A stretch of 64,000 bases of DNA from Mantamonas sphyraenae STR306 (taxonomy: Eukaryota > Protista > CRuMs): NCBI GenBank assembly GCA_026936335.1, contig JAPMXV010000020.1, positions 124,001 through 188,000 on the forward strand, read 5' to 3'. The notes beneath the pieces are model-generated. The model had not been told where the DNA came from, ran no database searches, and saw only the letters and a list, made by a program, of their open reading frames with translations. The number at the start of each line of letters is the position of its first letter. Within the stretch, counting starts at the first letter, position 1. The position numbers were made by a program, and so were the translations under genes. Positions 48,801 through 58,300 of this stretch are shown here, in pieces.

Positions 48801-50830
48801 GTGACCGTCGCTGGCTGACGGTGTCCCACGAGACGGGCAAGGTGCGCGCCAACGCCTCGCTCAAGGTGACGCTGAACTTCAACATTGACGAGGTCGCTGT
48901 GCGTTCTGGGTTTCTGGTGCTGGACAACATGGCAAATGGGAACGACACCAAGTTTGTGCGGATCAGCATGGATGTGGTGCAGCCGTTGGACCGAGACCGT
49001 GATCTGACGCTTCTGTTTCACGTGTGTGCCACCAAAAGCGACATCACCGACTGGATCAATCCGGAGATCGACTTGGGATCGGTGTACTGCGATCACGTGT
49101 ACCGTTCGCACTCGTTTGTGCTGCGCAACAACAGCAATCAGCCGTTGGAGCTGATGGTAGACGTGGAGAAAGACAAGGCCACACAAGCGTGTGCCCTTCA
49201 CCTGTCCAAGTCGTTCTCACTGCCCAAACTGTTCACGTCCATCACACTGGCCAAAAACACCAGCAAGACGGTGTATGTATTCTTCCAGCCGCGGCTAGGC
49301 GAATCGATGCCGAGCAATCAGGACTTTGTGCAGCAGTTTGAGGCGAGTCTGGTCATTCGCTGCCGTCTTATCAAGGACCTGGAGAAGCGAGTTAAGGTTA
49401 CTGCGCGCATTCATCAGTCACAAATGCAAGTGTTGCCGCGGTTGCTGGAGTGGAACTGGGAAAACGCGACAGCGAACAACGGGCGACGCAAGCGCAGCTC
49501 AAGCACAGCCGAGGGGTCTTCGGTTAGCACTGGGCGAGAAGGAACGGCTGCGGTCAGGGCAAGGACCACAAGCAGCAGCAGCAGCACAAGCGCGGGTGAT
49601 GACAACGGCAGCAGCAGCAGCAGTAGCAGCAGGGAGATCGCTGGAGGGCAGGAAGAAAGTGTGCAGGAGCTCAGCAGTACAGCGTTGGCTGGTGCACAGG
49701 CGCTTGCGGGAGGCCAGGAGAGCAGCGGTCAGAACAGCGACGCTGAAGAGGATGAGGAGGGGGACATTTCGTTGCACAGCAACATCCCTGCTCCAGAGGA
49801 AGAAATGGAGATGGTGCTGATCAGCGCCATGGGCATGATGTCGCTGACAGACTCGACAGAGTACATGGAGTCGCCCATGCGTGCGAGACTGACTGGGCGC
49901 GGGTTGAGGGAAGGACCACGACGAGGAAGCGGCGACGGCAGTGTGGGCGCCGTGCTGTTTGAGGGAAGCACAGAGCGGACGATCAAGATTGGCAACTTGT
50001 TTGAGGACAAGAAGCTGCACGTGCGGATGTTTATGAGCGGCAACCTGTTCACAGTGGATGGGTACCAGGACAACGACGTGATCACGGTGCCCGCCGGAGA
50101 CGAGGTGACGGTGCTTGTGCGACCCAACATGGTGGCCATCAGCAAGCGGTTGGACATGTTTGAGCGCGAGTGGGCCATTGAAGAGCATCTGACGATGTAC
50201 AATCTTGAGCGGTTGAGCGAAAAGTACCGTGTGCTGATCAAGTTCCACCGGCACCCGCTTGTAAACGGTCTGGTGGGCGGAACCCCCAGCTACAGTGCCG
50301 CACGGCTGCACGCCATGCTTGAGGAGCGCATCTCTGTGTTCTTGGTGCGCTTTTCGGCTCTTTGGCGTCGCGTTCTGGGCGATGAGTCGTCGGAGGCAAT
50401 GGTGCACTCGGAAACGGCAGGGACGATGACGACGTCGTCGGCTCTGGACAAAAGCATTGTGCTGATGCATGCAGCGGACGAGTTGGAGAGCTTGCAACAC
50501 GGGGCAGTGGCAAAGGAAGTGTTGCAAGAGGAGCATGAGCTGTACGAGACATACCGGTTCATCACTGACGAACTGGCGTTCCACGGACTGCAATTCCACC
50601 AGCAGACGATGGAGTCGTTCCAGCTGGCCGAACTGCTGTTTGGGTACGTGTTGTCGCATCCGTTGATTCGAGGCTTTATTGCGCAGCAAGAGGTGGGCCA
50701 CATCCAGGTGCCCGAATACTGGCACAAGTGGTTGTCACGTGTGCGCACCTACGTCGCTCACTTCCCCGACGTCCCCTCCGAGTGGCTGATGGAAGAGGCG
50801 AACCGCATTGATGCGCTGTGGCTTGAGTGA
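39824..50830 (+). CDS. Giant (3668 aa) intronless protein with many ASH/PapD-like Ig-fold repeats, function unknown
   Basis: Uninterrupted 11-kb ORF with recurring 'lDFGx...l.i.N.s..p' units (ELDFGDCVVG...IHNLSSLPA; INFGTVQ...IHNGADMPL; VDLGDV...VENVGDVRV; IDLGSVY...LRNNSNQPL). Start taken as MPFPVALP because the upstream part of the ORF overlaps Chibby. Confidence 0.8.
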   Translation: MPFPVALPAVDSSGVFALGDLVVREAAHLFNFPVTSLNTSEEITLQLAADNPAVLAFQLDNPNLGVDEHQQHNHLFNVANHVDSVTLQPGETCNLVLVLVLDGSQPVSRPASTDVSPRAASPSEGQFHSSSHASPYAASSAQAQSGLHLQLHKVSALRTRDVRSSSADSIGSSLYDDDDNAAMDIQLDSPRTELPGRSNSTGGKSPPGRWSPFVVHIIMQQGVEVVTVPCVGNMCVSTFEVDTPLLWFEDCLLGNRYERPLNVHNTSQAPLRLRITSVPPNASQRAPVLAYYNQEPVQVLTVEGMGYAKLSMVFQPVAISRGKQVATIHLENLNNNDSDMVVPVHGYVSADDSRSPVTLEYGATTEFGTVYANCWACKPIVFRNTSLTTQLVEFSLELAQQIVFTVPDARTQQTNDAATGSSASTALSMAGMELGDSLVGETDTASLLDSSEPNARDTVSEIVLGPASMRKLLLWFRPQPDARRPLRFNLSSFRVYFKSTPQQRPGEADNIQTMAPYLKPSGNSAGDSSSMNDNSISASTSTDDDDNIVADDLDDDAAAQDDHADKQSDRDSDDDDDGEHDGDSTKETVGAKTASASAKESRISDDDDSDREDDRMETEGSLGSASSTRTVRLSEQQQVALNETRNAAPVSPAGKKKTLSRATSSTAMHEYASGSNTGDRDEVGEVWASIKCTARVCLSVVKLVTQELDFGDCVVGQRSSTSTQIHNLSSLPAHLSLLLESNQLSIEPRSFVIPPRSVHEMTVDFLPTESTLKYRNQVTVVNRCNRSNDLSLQVSAANHDLHRMAFHSLFYKITDVTKASLGSLSFGNVLANSLHLQIIHIKNITRSELVLSLDTNAPSQLTIMQRAEATVAERNDDDERGQNREGGNTQRLMDMLDEKLTVQSMSSSSSSSTPFYLLDDQSEVQFVHQEAKSRREALAAIQSRLIEPVKHLRLEPRARAVLYVVFTPEHPEDAADNDETATEDTASTSGGDGDGSADTSSDQEQDDETADEDQEGVTELVEGAWALDAPGPRQGKSTQRGDVQSATSGTRAAGTGMVRSRSHFNLSNRGVLQGVSYSILIQLEDFDRTYATSSAFWQEENLDVVRSLPVEAQVCSANTTLTQANINFGTVQTRESRTRILVIHNGADMPLHYSINKSGSMSSSDILFLNNRVSIVPPHDTKEVHFVFCPTLAGRFEETLTVQNLHDESDRHEVRVKANVVSRSRFFLQDLYADLGTSLMSGSAHLSGEGVLQLSNTSKQTRTYDISLVHPMAKTVFGVEARFVLRRDNAQYQDMAKVDQQIEELERKMQKYVIKKKLHKLEDTRKKLQSLYEIKSGQSEVLGRDVNWDAVFAMSSPTASSLALASRIPNDQEFSSVFSNRLCFSLLPNSTQTILVRLVAHARVHIDDSMAIDALALPHVAVLRVQEAKNNDVVKNVGLLTTVCLTPETHEYTRKSLMRMRGIHAVGDDPSTMQQQLLWNAAECHVEIERTLANGAKGSIDEAARMASRQVARMLHTILRTHPNRAQAGSASSSTAGSTGSMAGKRNHSHSSLHDLARIDEDSESDTHTDLELENELFGGVDRRYRWHDEEGNTPGRPDSSLSSVSGSSESDSTWQGSVGVSRSDSLEDLLRAYELDEHVLVDASSEMGWTETGGDAASGEYVRETTPVKKQRGDGMMMHGEGSESSQSGVLSEDSTKEEQAASAEKLLIVCGEGVVDLGDVDVFGQHAPAQVLVENVGDVRVPFTVAVPEEFAHAMTVRPESGSIGPVDSVTLQVHFHEWEVGRKHAHFVVRQADRPEDPGSEMRVEVTANMVSQQLVEVVYVDGPNGEQEVGLEQDEDSAGNMVVRGSEVDLGLFYLRQKSVLSEGKRMLIRNVCEQAVWVTVSSNMGRQIAFADGRSTASSLPLVLGVQESVEVSVHLDGQYAFHGAQEDHVREIVAGVRLRVDLDSGDEHVRDYVVPVRALVGISTVEVEQSTVFLGLHRLEEDASVPLRLPVTVRVRNLNTRMPAIVSVHTACDNVQLRDNYEGTSVDGAGELEVDLWLEAGRSLGLVWGSVVVCNTLEGVHGKEYAVVMYAYVSSPLDCGLSIMPSRLHQSDVGHTMPGRRVPHVDMERAHMDYHSVYVSGDDTMMGGYVRPVYLQLRNTKDHAITLHALSDMPVSVQMVRSNAIAPLLREKRRSSDTEILRHRVPFPTLDVAGASASSSAVSAGCAPVDLASTDVRELMPCSTLFTLKPGQAIELEVHAPAATPGDMEKRQWKRLRRGMCMRFSAILMLVVNKEQPDSEIEEVAGDGDGDKGKDRAEDDAQGTNLQLLPGVDSVCHCFSVSGVFCHTMGELKERTVNLGYVGSLNDWDKVYFDTEVVNLSNNPLYISWPMQDAEFPVKAVEPALDNDVASVPSNGSQRLSFALDPTLAVSIPRRAVAHQQRMPLEISFVVNLVNVHNPANQMSLNVRATVLFSPLFYHNQSMWFTFLRGQFTFLRVDWKDFQMRTVGTQVPRAVRLSSVMLPVLNHPGSVALQSVTTQPLAASSRSPLVSLSSRRSPETTMRRNDRSGVSEYVMKVANRIQQPVMMQFSLELTETVVPYIDLDVLFNNEPTHEVLLEGGDSIDALLSAAARDDKKLSEATLLEMYFHSEEFARASGCERPTKDSIVIGHLLVTTMAGEMIDREDGDDSAASLVAYQNSDGQATSMMALGDGGNSGSNSGNTRDGVSEDRYRIHAVYQDVVAIWMRLRLRPSVTIADRVIQMMPTKNPGVFSGFLLVQNRSPMLPLKWRAVIVPTPEGDWLALSQEEDTICYPSVDQRISVLLDINKIPQHVELGQTTYYVHVVDTEQPTVHTSRRRIGFSKHSQEVAKARRRSQLELQLHVDRDNTSSSADSSSSVSRSTSAHEDLDRLGTSGPHGELLNEEEVLRSLQQKVTAATPRKEKADALANPEMATLRLEGCSEVAGSHMRYELDMGVHTMQKRTVTAQLWIVNDMSFTQHFTLRSVKPGDRRWLTVSHETGKVRANASLKVTLNFNIDEVAVRSGFLVLDNMANGNDTKFVRISMDVVQPLDRDRDLTLLFHVCATKSDITDWINPEIDLGSVYCDHVYRSHSFVLRNNSNQPLELMVDVEKDKATQACALHLSKSFSLPKLFTSITLAKNTSKTVYVFFQPRLGESMPSNQDFVQQFEASLVIRCRLIKDLEKRVKVTARIHQSQMQVLPRLLEWNWENATANNGRRKRSSSTAEGSSVSTGREGTAAVRARTTSSSSSTSAGDDNGSSSSSSSREIAGGQEESVQELSSTALAGAQALAGGQESSGQNSDAEEDEEGDISLHSNIPAPEEEMEMVLISAMGMMSLTDSTEYMESPMRARLTGRGLREGPRRGSGDGSVGAVLFEGSTERTIKIGNLFEDKKLHVRMFMSGNLFTVDGYQDNDVITVPAGDEVTVLVRPNMVAISKRLDMFEREWAIEEHLTMYNLERLSEKYRVLIKFHRHPLVNGLVGGTPSYSAARLHAMLEERISVFLVRFSALWRRVLGDESSEAMVHSETAGTMTTSSALDKSIVLMHAADELESLQHGAVAKEVLQEEHELYETYRFITDELAFHGLQFHQQTMESFQLAELLFGYVLSHPLIRGFIAQQEVGHIQVPEYWHKWLSRVRTYVAHFPDVPSEWLMEEANRIDALWLE

Positions 50831-50848
50831 TGAGAGGTTGAGCTGAGC

Positions 50849-52253
50849 TCAGAGAACAAACTCCACGCCCTCGTACTTGACCGGTGCAATGAATGTTTCC
50901 GGCATAAGAATAGTGTTGGTTTTGCTGTGGGTGGTGTTTGATGTGGAGTTAGCAAAGAGTGTCGAGGAAAAAGGCGGTGCACACGCCCACAGCCACGTAC
51001 ATGTCGATGACAGTGATGTAGGACTCGACGTCATCGTCGACTTCCTTTGTCTTGAGGGCGACGATTTCTGTGTTGTGGCCAGGGACGAAGCGGAAGGCTG
51101 AAAAGCCGCGCTCGGGGTTCAGGGGCCCGACTTCGGTGAAGGTGACGTCGGAGAACTTTTCGTTGGCGGCAATGAGGATGTTGCTGCCACGACGCTGATC
51201 CAAGACGTCGTTGTAGGCCTCCTTGGAGGCACGTCGAGGCAGGAAGTACCAACGCTTGTCAAACGGGTTCCAGTTGGCACTCTCGTGGAGCAGGTAGCCC
51301 GGGTGTTCGTAGCCCGTGCTGCTGCGCAGCTTGTTGTAGTGTGTGCTCCAATCCATGGACTGCACGCGCAGGTGTTTGTCCAACACTTTGACGTACTGCG
51401 GGTTCTTGCTGACGATTTTCTGTGTGCCGGTGACGGGAAACGAGGCGAGGCGTGGGGTTGGCGTTGAAAGGGTGTGAGTGCGCATTCTCGCCTGCAGCCA
51501 ATGGGGGCTGTGCTGGGCCACACGTACGCCTTGGTTGTTTGTGTACTCCTTGCCCATGGAGCCAATGTACAGATAGTCGTCCTTGACGGTGGCCCACTCG
51601 CACTTGAAGCCTTTTTGGCTGTTGCCGTCGCCATCGGTGAGGATTTGGCGCGGGTACACACTTTCACCGTGGACCTGGTACACTGGGTGGGGATGGGGTG
51701 CGGTAAATGAGCGTCAGAGGCAAGCAAGGGACACTGTGCAGTCCAGGTGGGGTCACGTACGGATGCCCGTGCGGTCGTCGCAGGCGTAGAGGCGGTCGTT
51801 GAACTTGACAAGAGTGCTGAGCTCCATGCCGCGCGACTTTGACTTTTTTGTGCCCTCTGCAAACTTGGAGGTGAGGGTGATCTCTTCCTCCCACACGATG
51901 CGGTACTTGTTGGTCTGGGCATTGCGGTAGAGGGCACCTGTGCGAAGGAGAGCCTTCCACTTGGCGGCATGCGGCACCTTGGAATCCTCGTCCATGTCGG
52001 AAATGATGGCAATCTTAAAGAGGCCCTTTTCGTAGTTGGGCACAACCATTTCGTCTGCGTCGACGAGGCGACGACGGGTCTCCTCTTTGTGGACGTGGTG
52101 TTCCTTGACCGGGTCCATGGTGAGGGTGAGAAGGAGGAGGACGGCGGTGAGGGCGGTGAGGACAAAGACCTGCGGGTAGTTGCTCCACAGGTGGCGCACC
52201 CTGCTGTTGACCGACGAGCCACTCGGCGTGGTGGACGAGGCGGGCGTCAACAT
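50849..52253 (-). CDS. CANT1: Calcium-activated nucleotidase (apyrase); exons 51761-52253, 51528-51682, 51001-51419, 50849-50924 (380 aa)
   Basis: Signal-anchor VFVLTALTAVLLLLTL, then IAIISDMDEDSK, RGMELSTL, DDRTGI, KGFKCEWATVKD, GYLLHES, FLPRRAS, RGFSAFRFVP and KYEGVEFV. Three GTACGT...CAG introns. Confidence 0.93.
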
Positions 52254-52332
52254 GGCAGCGGGTGTGGACACACGAGTTGGGGTGGGTGCGGGTGGGGGGC
52301 AAGGCGGGGGCGAGGTCGAAACCAACGCTTCG

Positions 52333-55300
52333 ATGCCGGTGCCCATCAAAATCCCAGATAAACCCAAGTTTGGGCGGTCCAAGGGAGGCACGGAGCAGAG
52401 TGATGCGGAGGAGGAGAAGAAGAGCAAGCTGGCGAGCAGGCTGGGCGGTGGACGCAGCAGCAGCAGCGGGCGAACGAGCACAGGCTTTGCGGCGCGAAGG
52501 AGCAAGGACAAGGCAGGCGAGGAACGACAAGAGGAGGAGCAAGGGGACAACAAGGAGAAGGGCAGCAGTGGCACCAAGTCTGCACTGAGCGTACGCGTGA
52601 GCAGCGTGCGCAGCGGCGGAATCGGCAGCAGCAGAGGAGGTGGGAAGGAGGCAGCTGCTGATCAGGCGGGCGCGGAAAGCGCGGACGCAAACGAAGGCGG
52701 CACAGAGACACAGGGCAGCAGTGGCGGCGATGAAGGCAGCAGCAGCGGAGGTGCAGGAGGATTGAGCACACGCAGCACACGCAGCTCGGGACTGAAAAAG
52801 GGCGTGGCGGCATCGGCAAGCAGCGGGGGCAGCAGCAGCGGTGCAAGTGCCGGCTGGACGCTTGCTCGCGACGCGACGAAACCGTACTCGTGGCGCAATC
52901 TGCTGCAATTCCTGCTGTTGGCAGGAGCAGAAACATCCAAGATGGTAAGTGGGGCGGCGGTGGGACGTGCAATGGTACGAGTGGACAAAGACTGACATGA
53001 CTGATGGCATGACGGACGTGGAAAAGGCGCCATTTTTGAAGGCACAGAGCGCAGCGGTGTTTTCGGGCCTGGACTGGTTCCTGCCGCAGAGTGCAGGGTC
53101 ACGCAAGAGTGTGGAGAGTGGCAAGGTTGTGTGGCGAGGCACACAGCGCACAGTGAGCAAGGAGGAGGTCAAGTTCCTGTTGAACCTGTCGGATCTGCTG
53201 GTGAGTTGGCGAGCTGCATGACGGCGGTGCAGGAGGACAGGAGGACACTGACACCGATGTGCGGGATGGCATGCTATGGTGTGTGTGATTGCAACACGCA
53301 TGGCTGTTCCCGAGAGCAGTCGTTGGACGAATTGCAGACATACGGCGTGTTCAACTTGTTTGTCAAGTCGTGGCCGCTGTACGAGAAACTCACGTTGCAG
53401 GAAGAGACTCTGGCCCACATCCAACACTACTACCACGACCAACGGTTGTGTACGCCTGCGGTCCTGATCACCATCATGCAGATTAGCAAAGTGGAGTCGC
53501 ACAGGTACCACGACGTGTGCGTGGAGCTGACCAAAGAATGGCAAGGCAAGGATGTGCATGGCCACCTGCTGGCACAGTACCTGCGCCTGTGCACCGAAAA
53601 CCGCGTGCCGCAAGCAGTGCATCTGGGCAGCACAGAGGGTAGTGACAGGCTGCAGCACGCGTGGCCGACGCAAAACGTGCGCGAACAGGCGATGACGCTG
53701 GAAGCCCTGTTCAGTGTGTATGCCCTGGGCATTGTGCAGGCAGACGTTGCGCATCTGAGTGCGTTGGTACGTGGCCTGGCGAGCCAGGCGTTGGGTGCAC
53801 GGCAGACAAACAGCATCTACCTGGACTCGGAGGCGTGGGAGGTGGTGGAGCGCATCCAACACCTGAGCGTGCTTGTGCTGCTGGCGGCAATCAACCCCAG
53901 CGTGGACCGGTTTGCTGACGAGACGCACCCGCTGATTGAAGCCAACAGCGAAACGATGTTTGCGAAATCGTTTGGCTTTGTGGAGGAGCTGATGGCCTCG
54001 CTGCTGCGGGAGATGCGTGCTCAGGACAGCGGCAACAGCAGCCACGCCAGCATGATGGACAGTTACAGTGCAAGTGGCAGCAGCATGAGCAGCATGAGCA
54101 ATGCATCGCGTGCGCGAGGTGCCTCCAACACGGCAGACGACACGTGGGACATGCTGCGCAGCTTGGGATCGGTGCAGGTGCTTGCGCCTGTGCTTCTCAC
54201 TTGGTCCACTGTGCTCAACATGATGATGGGCCCGTTTCCGGGTCTGCGCACCATGTACGACCCGGAGGACTACGCAGCCGTGGCCATCAAGCACAAGGCG
54301 CCCGTGCAGCTGCGTGCGGCGCTGGTGTACCTTCAGGAGCACGCGCCGATTGTGCGTCTGGAAAGGAACCCGCGGTACACGGCGATGAACTGGACGCACC
54401 ACTACAAGGCGTGCGTGGGAAAGGTGCTTGCGAGCTCGCTGACGTCGTGGAACATCGAAACGATGGTGTCGTGCTGGAACTGGTTTGTGTCGCTCGGATG
54501 CGAGGTTGTGCGCGACGACGTGCAACTTGCGCGTCTGGTGGAGCCCGAGGCAGGCGACAGCAGTGCAGGCAGCCTTGCGCAGTGGTCGCAGGTGGGCCCC
54601 GTGCTGGTGGACATTTCACTGGACCAGTTTCCCGATGTGTTTGCGCCCTACCTGCAGATCCAACGCGCATGTGTGGTGGATGAGGAGAGTGCGCTGTCTG
54701 TGTTTCGTCAGCTGTGTCGGCTGCCGTGCTACACGCACGAACTGCGCCAAGACCAATACCAGATGTGCACGCGGTCGGGCAACCGCATCGATTTGCTGGA
54801 ACCTCTGGAGTTTGACGACGGGATGATCACGCTGCTGCCGCGCATCGACCAGGGCGTGGTGCGTGCCGAAGAGGACGGATACATGATTGTGCGGTGGGAG
54901 CACGAGTACTCGGCGTGCCTCTTGTTTGACAACCTCATGGGCACCTACCTGAAGCTCGTGGAAGAAATGCCGAGCAAAGGCAGCGGCATGCACATGGACA
55001 AGAGCACGAATCTGCTGAGCGACGTGACGTCGTCCGAACAGGAGCTGGCCAACGAGCTGATTGGCGAGATTGCCACGGTTGTGGTGCTCATCGAGGCCAT
55101 GTTTGCAGCCAACGGCAACCTGGTGCCACTGTGGGAGGAGCATGTACAGGAATACGGCGCGCCGCGTAGCCAGCGAGGGTCGTCCAGCTCCACTGACCTG
55201 TCTGGCTTTGGGTTCCGTGCGCCGCGCGGTCAGGGCCAAGGTGTGGAAGAGTGGCAGCTGCTGGAGAGGACGTTTGGCTTGATGCACGCGGTGGTGGATT

Positions 55301-58300
55301 ACCACCCGCAGCTGGCGTACCAGGTGCTGCCCCCGTTGGTGCGTATTGTGCTGCACCACGTGCCGCACGTGCCACAGCGTGTGTGGGCGCTGCTGCAATC
55401 TGCAGATATCTTGCCCGACCAGAGCGGCACCTCTGGCTTCACCATCCGCGTGCTTCAGACGGTCGAGTGTGTGGAGGGCGACTACAGCGTGACCCTCGAG
55501 ATGTTGCAACTTATCCGTGCGCTGGAGGAGTGTTCGCAGAGAGTGCAGCTGCCACTGCGCAAGCGCACCACGCTGAGTCACAGCCTGTCGGGCACCACGT
55601 CGCTGACGAGCGAAAACTTTGAGGGTGTTCTCAATTACGTGTGCTACGACATCTTTGCGGCATCGCACTCGTGGCGGTACCAGGACGTGCAGCAGCGATG
55701 GAAGCTGAACACGCTCGCGCTGGACATCTTTCTGACGTGTGTGGAAAACACAAACACGGCTGTGTTTGGCGAACTGGAGGACACCACACTGCGCACACGG
55801 ATGCTTGACGTGTTCCTGCACGAGGGCAACCTGTACGCAGAGCTGCTGGATCTGGTGGCCATTGGAGCCGAGGCGTCGCGCAGCATCCATCGCCAGAGCC
55901 GCATGGACGAGATGGTGGTGTTTACACGCTTGATGGTGCAGGTGTTCCAGCTTATTGAACAGCTCCTGGTGGAGGTTGTGCAGCGTAAGCGCAACGACAG
56001 ACGGCCGACCCCGTTTGAACGCTCCATCTTGGAAACCAAGGGCATGAGCGACGCGACCGACTTTGTGGTGACACTGGCCCAGTACATCCAGTACTCATAC
56101 GACGACCAGCTGCCCATGATGGCCACGCGCCTGTTGACACACCTGTGTGCCATGTCACGCACCTCGTCGTTCTCGCTCGTGGGTTTCCTGCGCGACGAGT
56201 CGGACAAGCTGCGCAAGATGTTTATCAAGCGCCTGAGCGACACGAAAGCTGACGTACAGCTGAAAAAGACCATTCTGGCACTCATTTCTGTGTCGCTGGA
56301 GACACAGAGCGGTTTGGCCGAGCTGTTTCTGAACCCGAAGCCACAGCGAAGCGCAGGCGGAAGCAGTGGCGGCAGTGTGAGCAAGACCACTTCCCGCAAG
56401 GTGGGTGCAAGCGCAAGCGGGGCAAAGAGCAGCGAGGGTGAAGCCGGCACAGCGTCGTCGTCCTCGTCATCGTCCTCGTCGTCGTCGTCGTCCGAGACAG
56501 AGGCATCTGCAGGCGACGAAAAGGGCAAAGGGAAGGGTCTGACAGTTGGCGATCTGGGAGCAAAACGCACCATTGGCAAGTCTGCGAGTGGAGTGGGAGG
56601 GCGTGGGAGCACGGCGAGCAAGGGAGGAGCTGTGTCCGGTGTTGGCAACAACGACTGCGTGGAAGCGATCATGGCTCTGGTGAACGAGAGTGCATCGTTG
56701 ATGGATGACGAGCCGGACTTGCTGGTGGAGGTGTTTGGCCTGCTGTTCCAGCTGTGGTCTGTAGCAGTGGAGCATGCACAGGTTGTGGAAGCATTTCGCA
56801 GCAACAAGACGTTCTGGGCATCTGTGTCGCACATGCTTTTTGTTGACGCGTACGACGAGATTGCGGCGCTGCGCTCGCACGTGAGCGCGACGTCTGCGGC
56901 GCAAGGTGCTGCTGGAGGACGTGGGCGCTCGATGAGCGATGCGTCGAGTGCGTCGAGTGCAGCTGCGTCTGCTGCACTGGCGTTGGCTGGCAACGCAAAC
57001 GCGCAGGATGGCCTGACTGCACTTGAGCACGGAGCCAACATCAACCGCATTGCGCACAGGCTGAAAGCACGCGCGTTTATCTTTCGCATTGTGACGCTGG
57101 AGGTGTACAATAGCCCGGGCGGAGGAGGCAAGGGCAGCGCTGGGAGCGGGCCGGGCTTTGAGGAGATGCTGGGCCGGTTTGTGCAGGAACAGCGGTACAC
57201 GGAGTGGATTAAGCAGTTCTTCCAGTACCAAGAGGACGACAGCAACCGCAAAACGCTGGTGACGCTGTCACGCAAGTTGAACATCAACATGGCTAGCTAC
57301 ATCACCAACACGCTGGAGCCGTCTGGAGAGGCTGAGCTTGGGTTCAACTTTCTGTACAACGCGGACCTGATGCTGCGCAAGATGTACCACAAGGTGCAGC
57401 GCAGCGAGGCCACCAAGTATTCGCCTGCGCTGTGGCTCCTGCTGCCAAGCATCCGGGCCAGCACGGTGAACAGGCAATCGGTGCGAGATGTGGAGCGGCT
57501 GATCTCGTTCACCAAGAGACTGAACAATCAGATGAGCATTCAAGAGACGCGTAGGAGCGTGCTGACGTCGCTGAAGTGGCTTGTGGAGGTGATGTCTTTC
57601 AAGCGGCCGGATGCGCTGTACGTGCGTTTGCAGGCGACGAAGAGTGTGAAGAGCATGGGACGCAGCCTGAGCTCGTCGGGTCGGTCGCTGTCGGGCAAAA
57701 GCATTGGCAGCAGCACAGGAAGTGGAGACGGAGGCTTGGGTGCGTCTCCGTTTGAGGACTCGACGAGTGTGGAGGTGTGGGACTGCCTGCTGGAACGGCT
57801 TGCAGATCTGATGCAGAAGCAGGGCTGGAGCACACTGGGCACACAGGAAATGAGCGAACTGTGTCTGATCGTGTTGTCGCACGTGAAGCGCAACAAGTGC
57901 GTGGTGGGCATGAAGGCTGATATCATCGACGCCCTGACCACGAGCCTGCAGATGGTCATGGATGCGGCGGCTGCACCGGAGGAGACGTTTGCTGTGCGTC
58001 GATTCCTGCTGTGCAGCCAGTTGATCCTGCTGAGCATGAACCAGACGCTGCGGCTTGCACACGCGGTGCAGAGTGGCACAGCGGGCGACGCGATCGGGGC
58101 GCGGAATCTGGTGAAGCGCGCGAGCTCGTTGATGTTGTTCATGAATGAGGGTGGCGCATGGACGCTGGATGCTATCGAGAGGCACCCGTTTGCAGACCCT
58201 GCATTGCACCTACTCACCGTTGTGTGCAGGTGCATCGTGGAAAGCGAGCCGGAACTGCTGGAGCTGAGTCTGAGTGTGCTGAGCACAGTGATCCGTGAGC

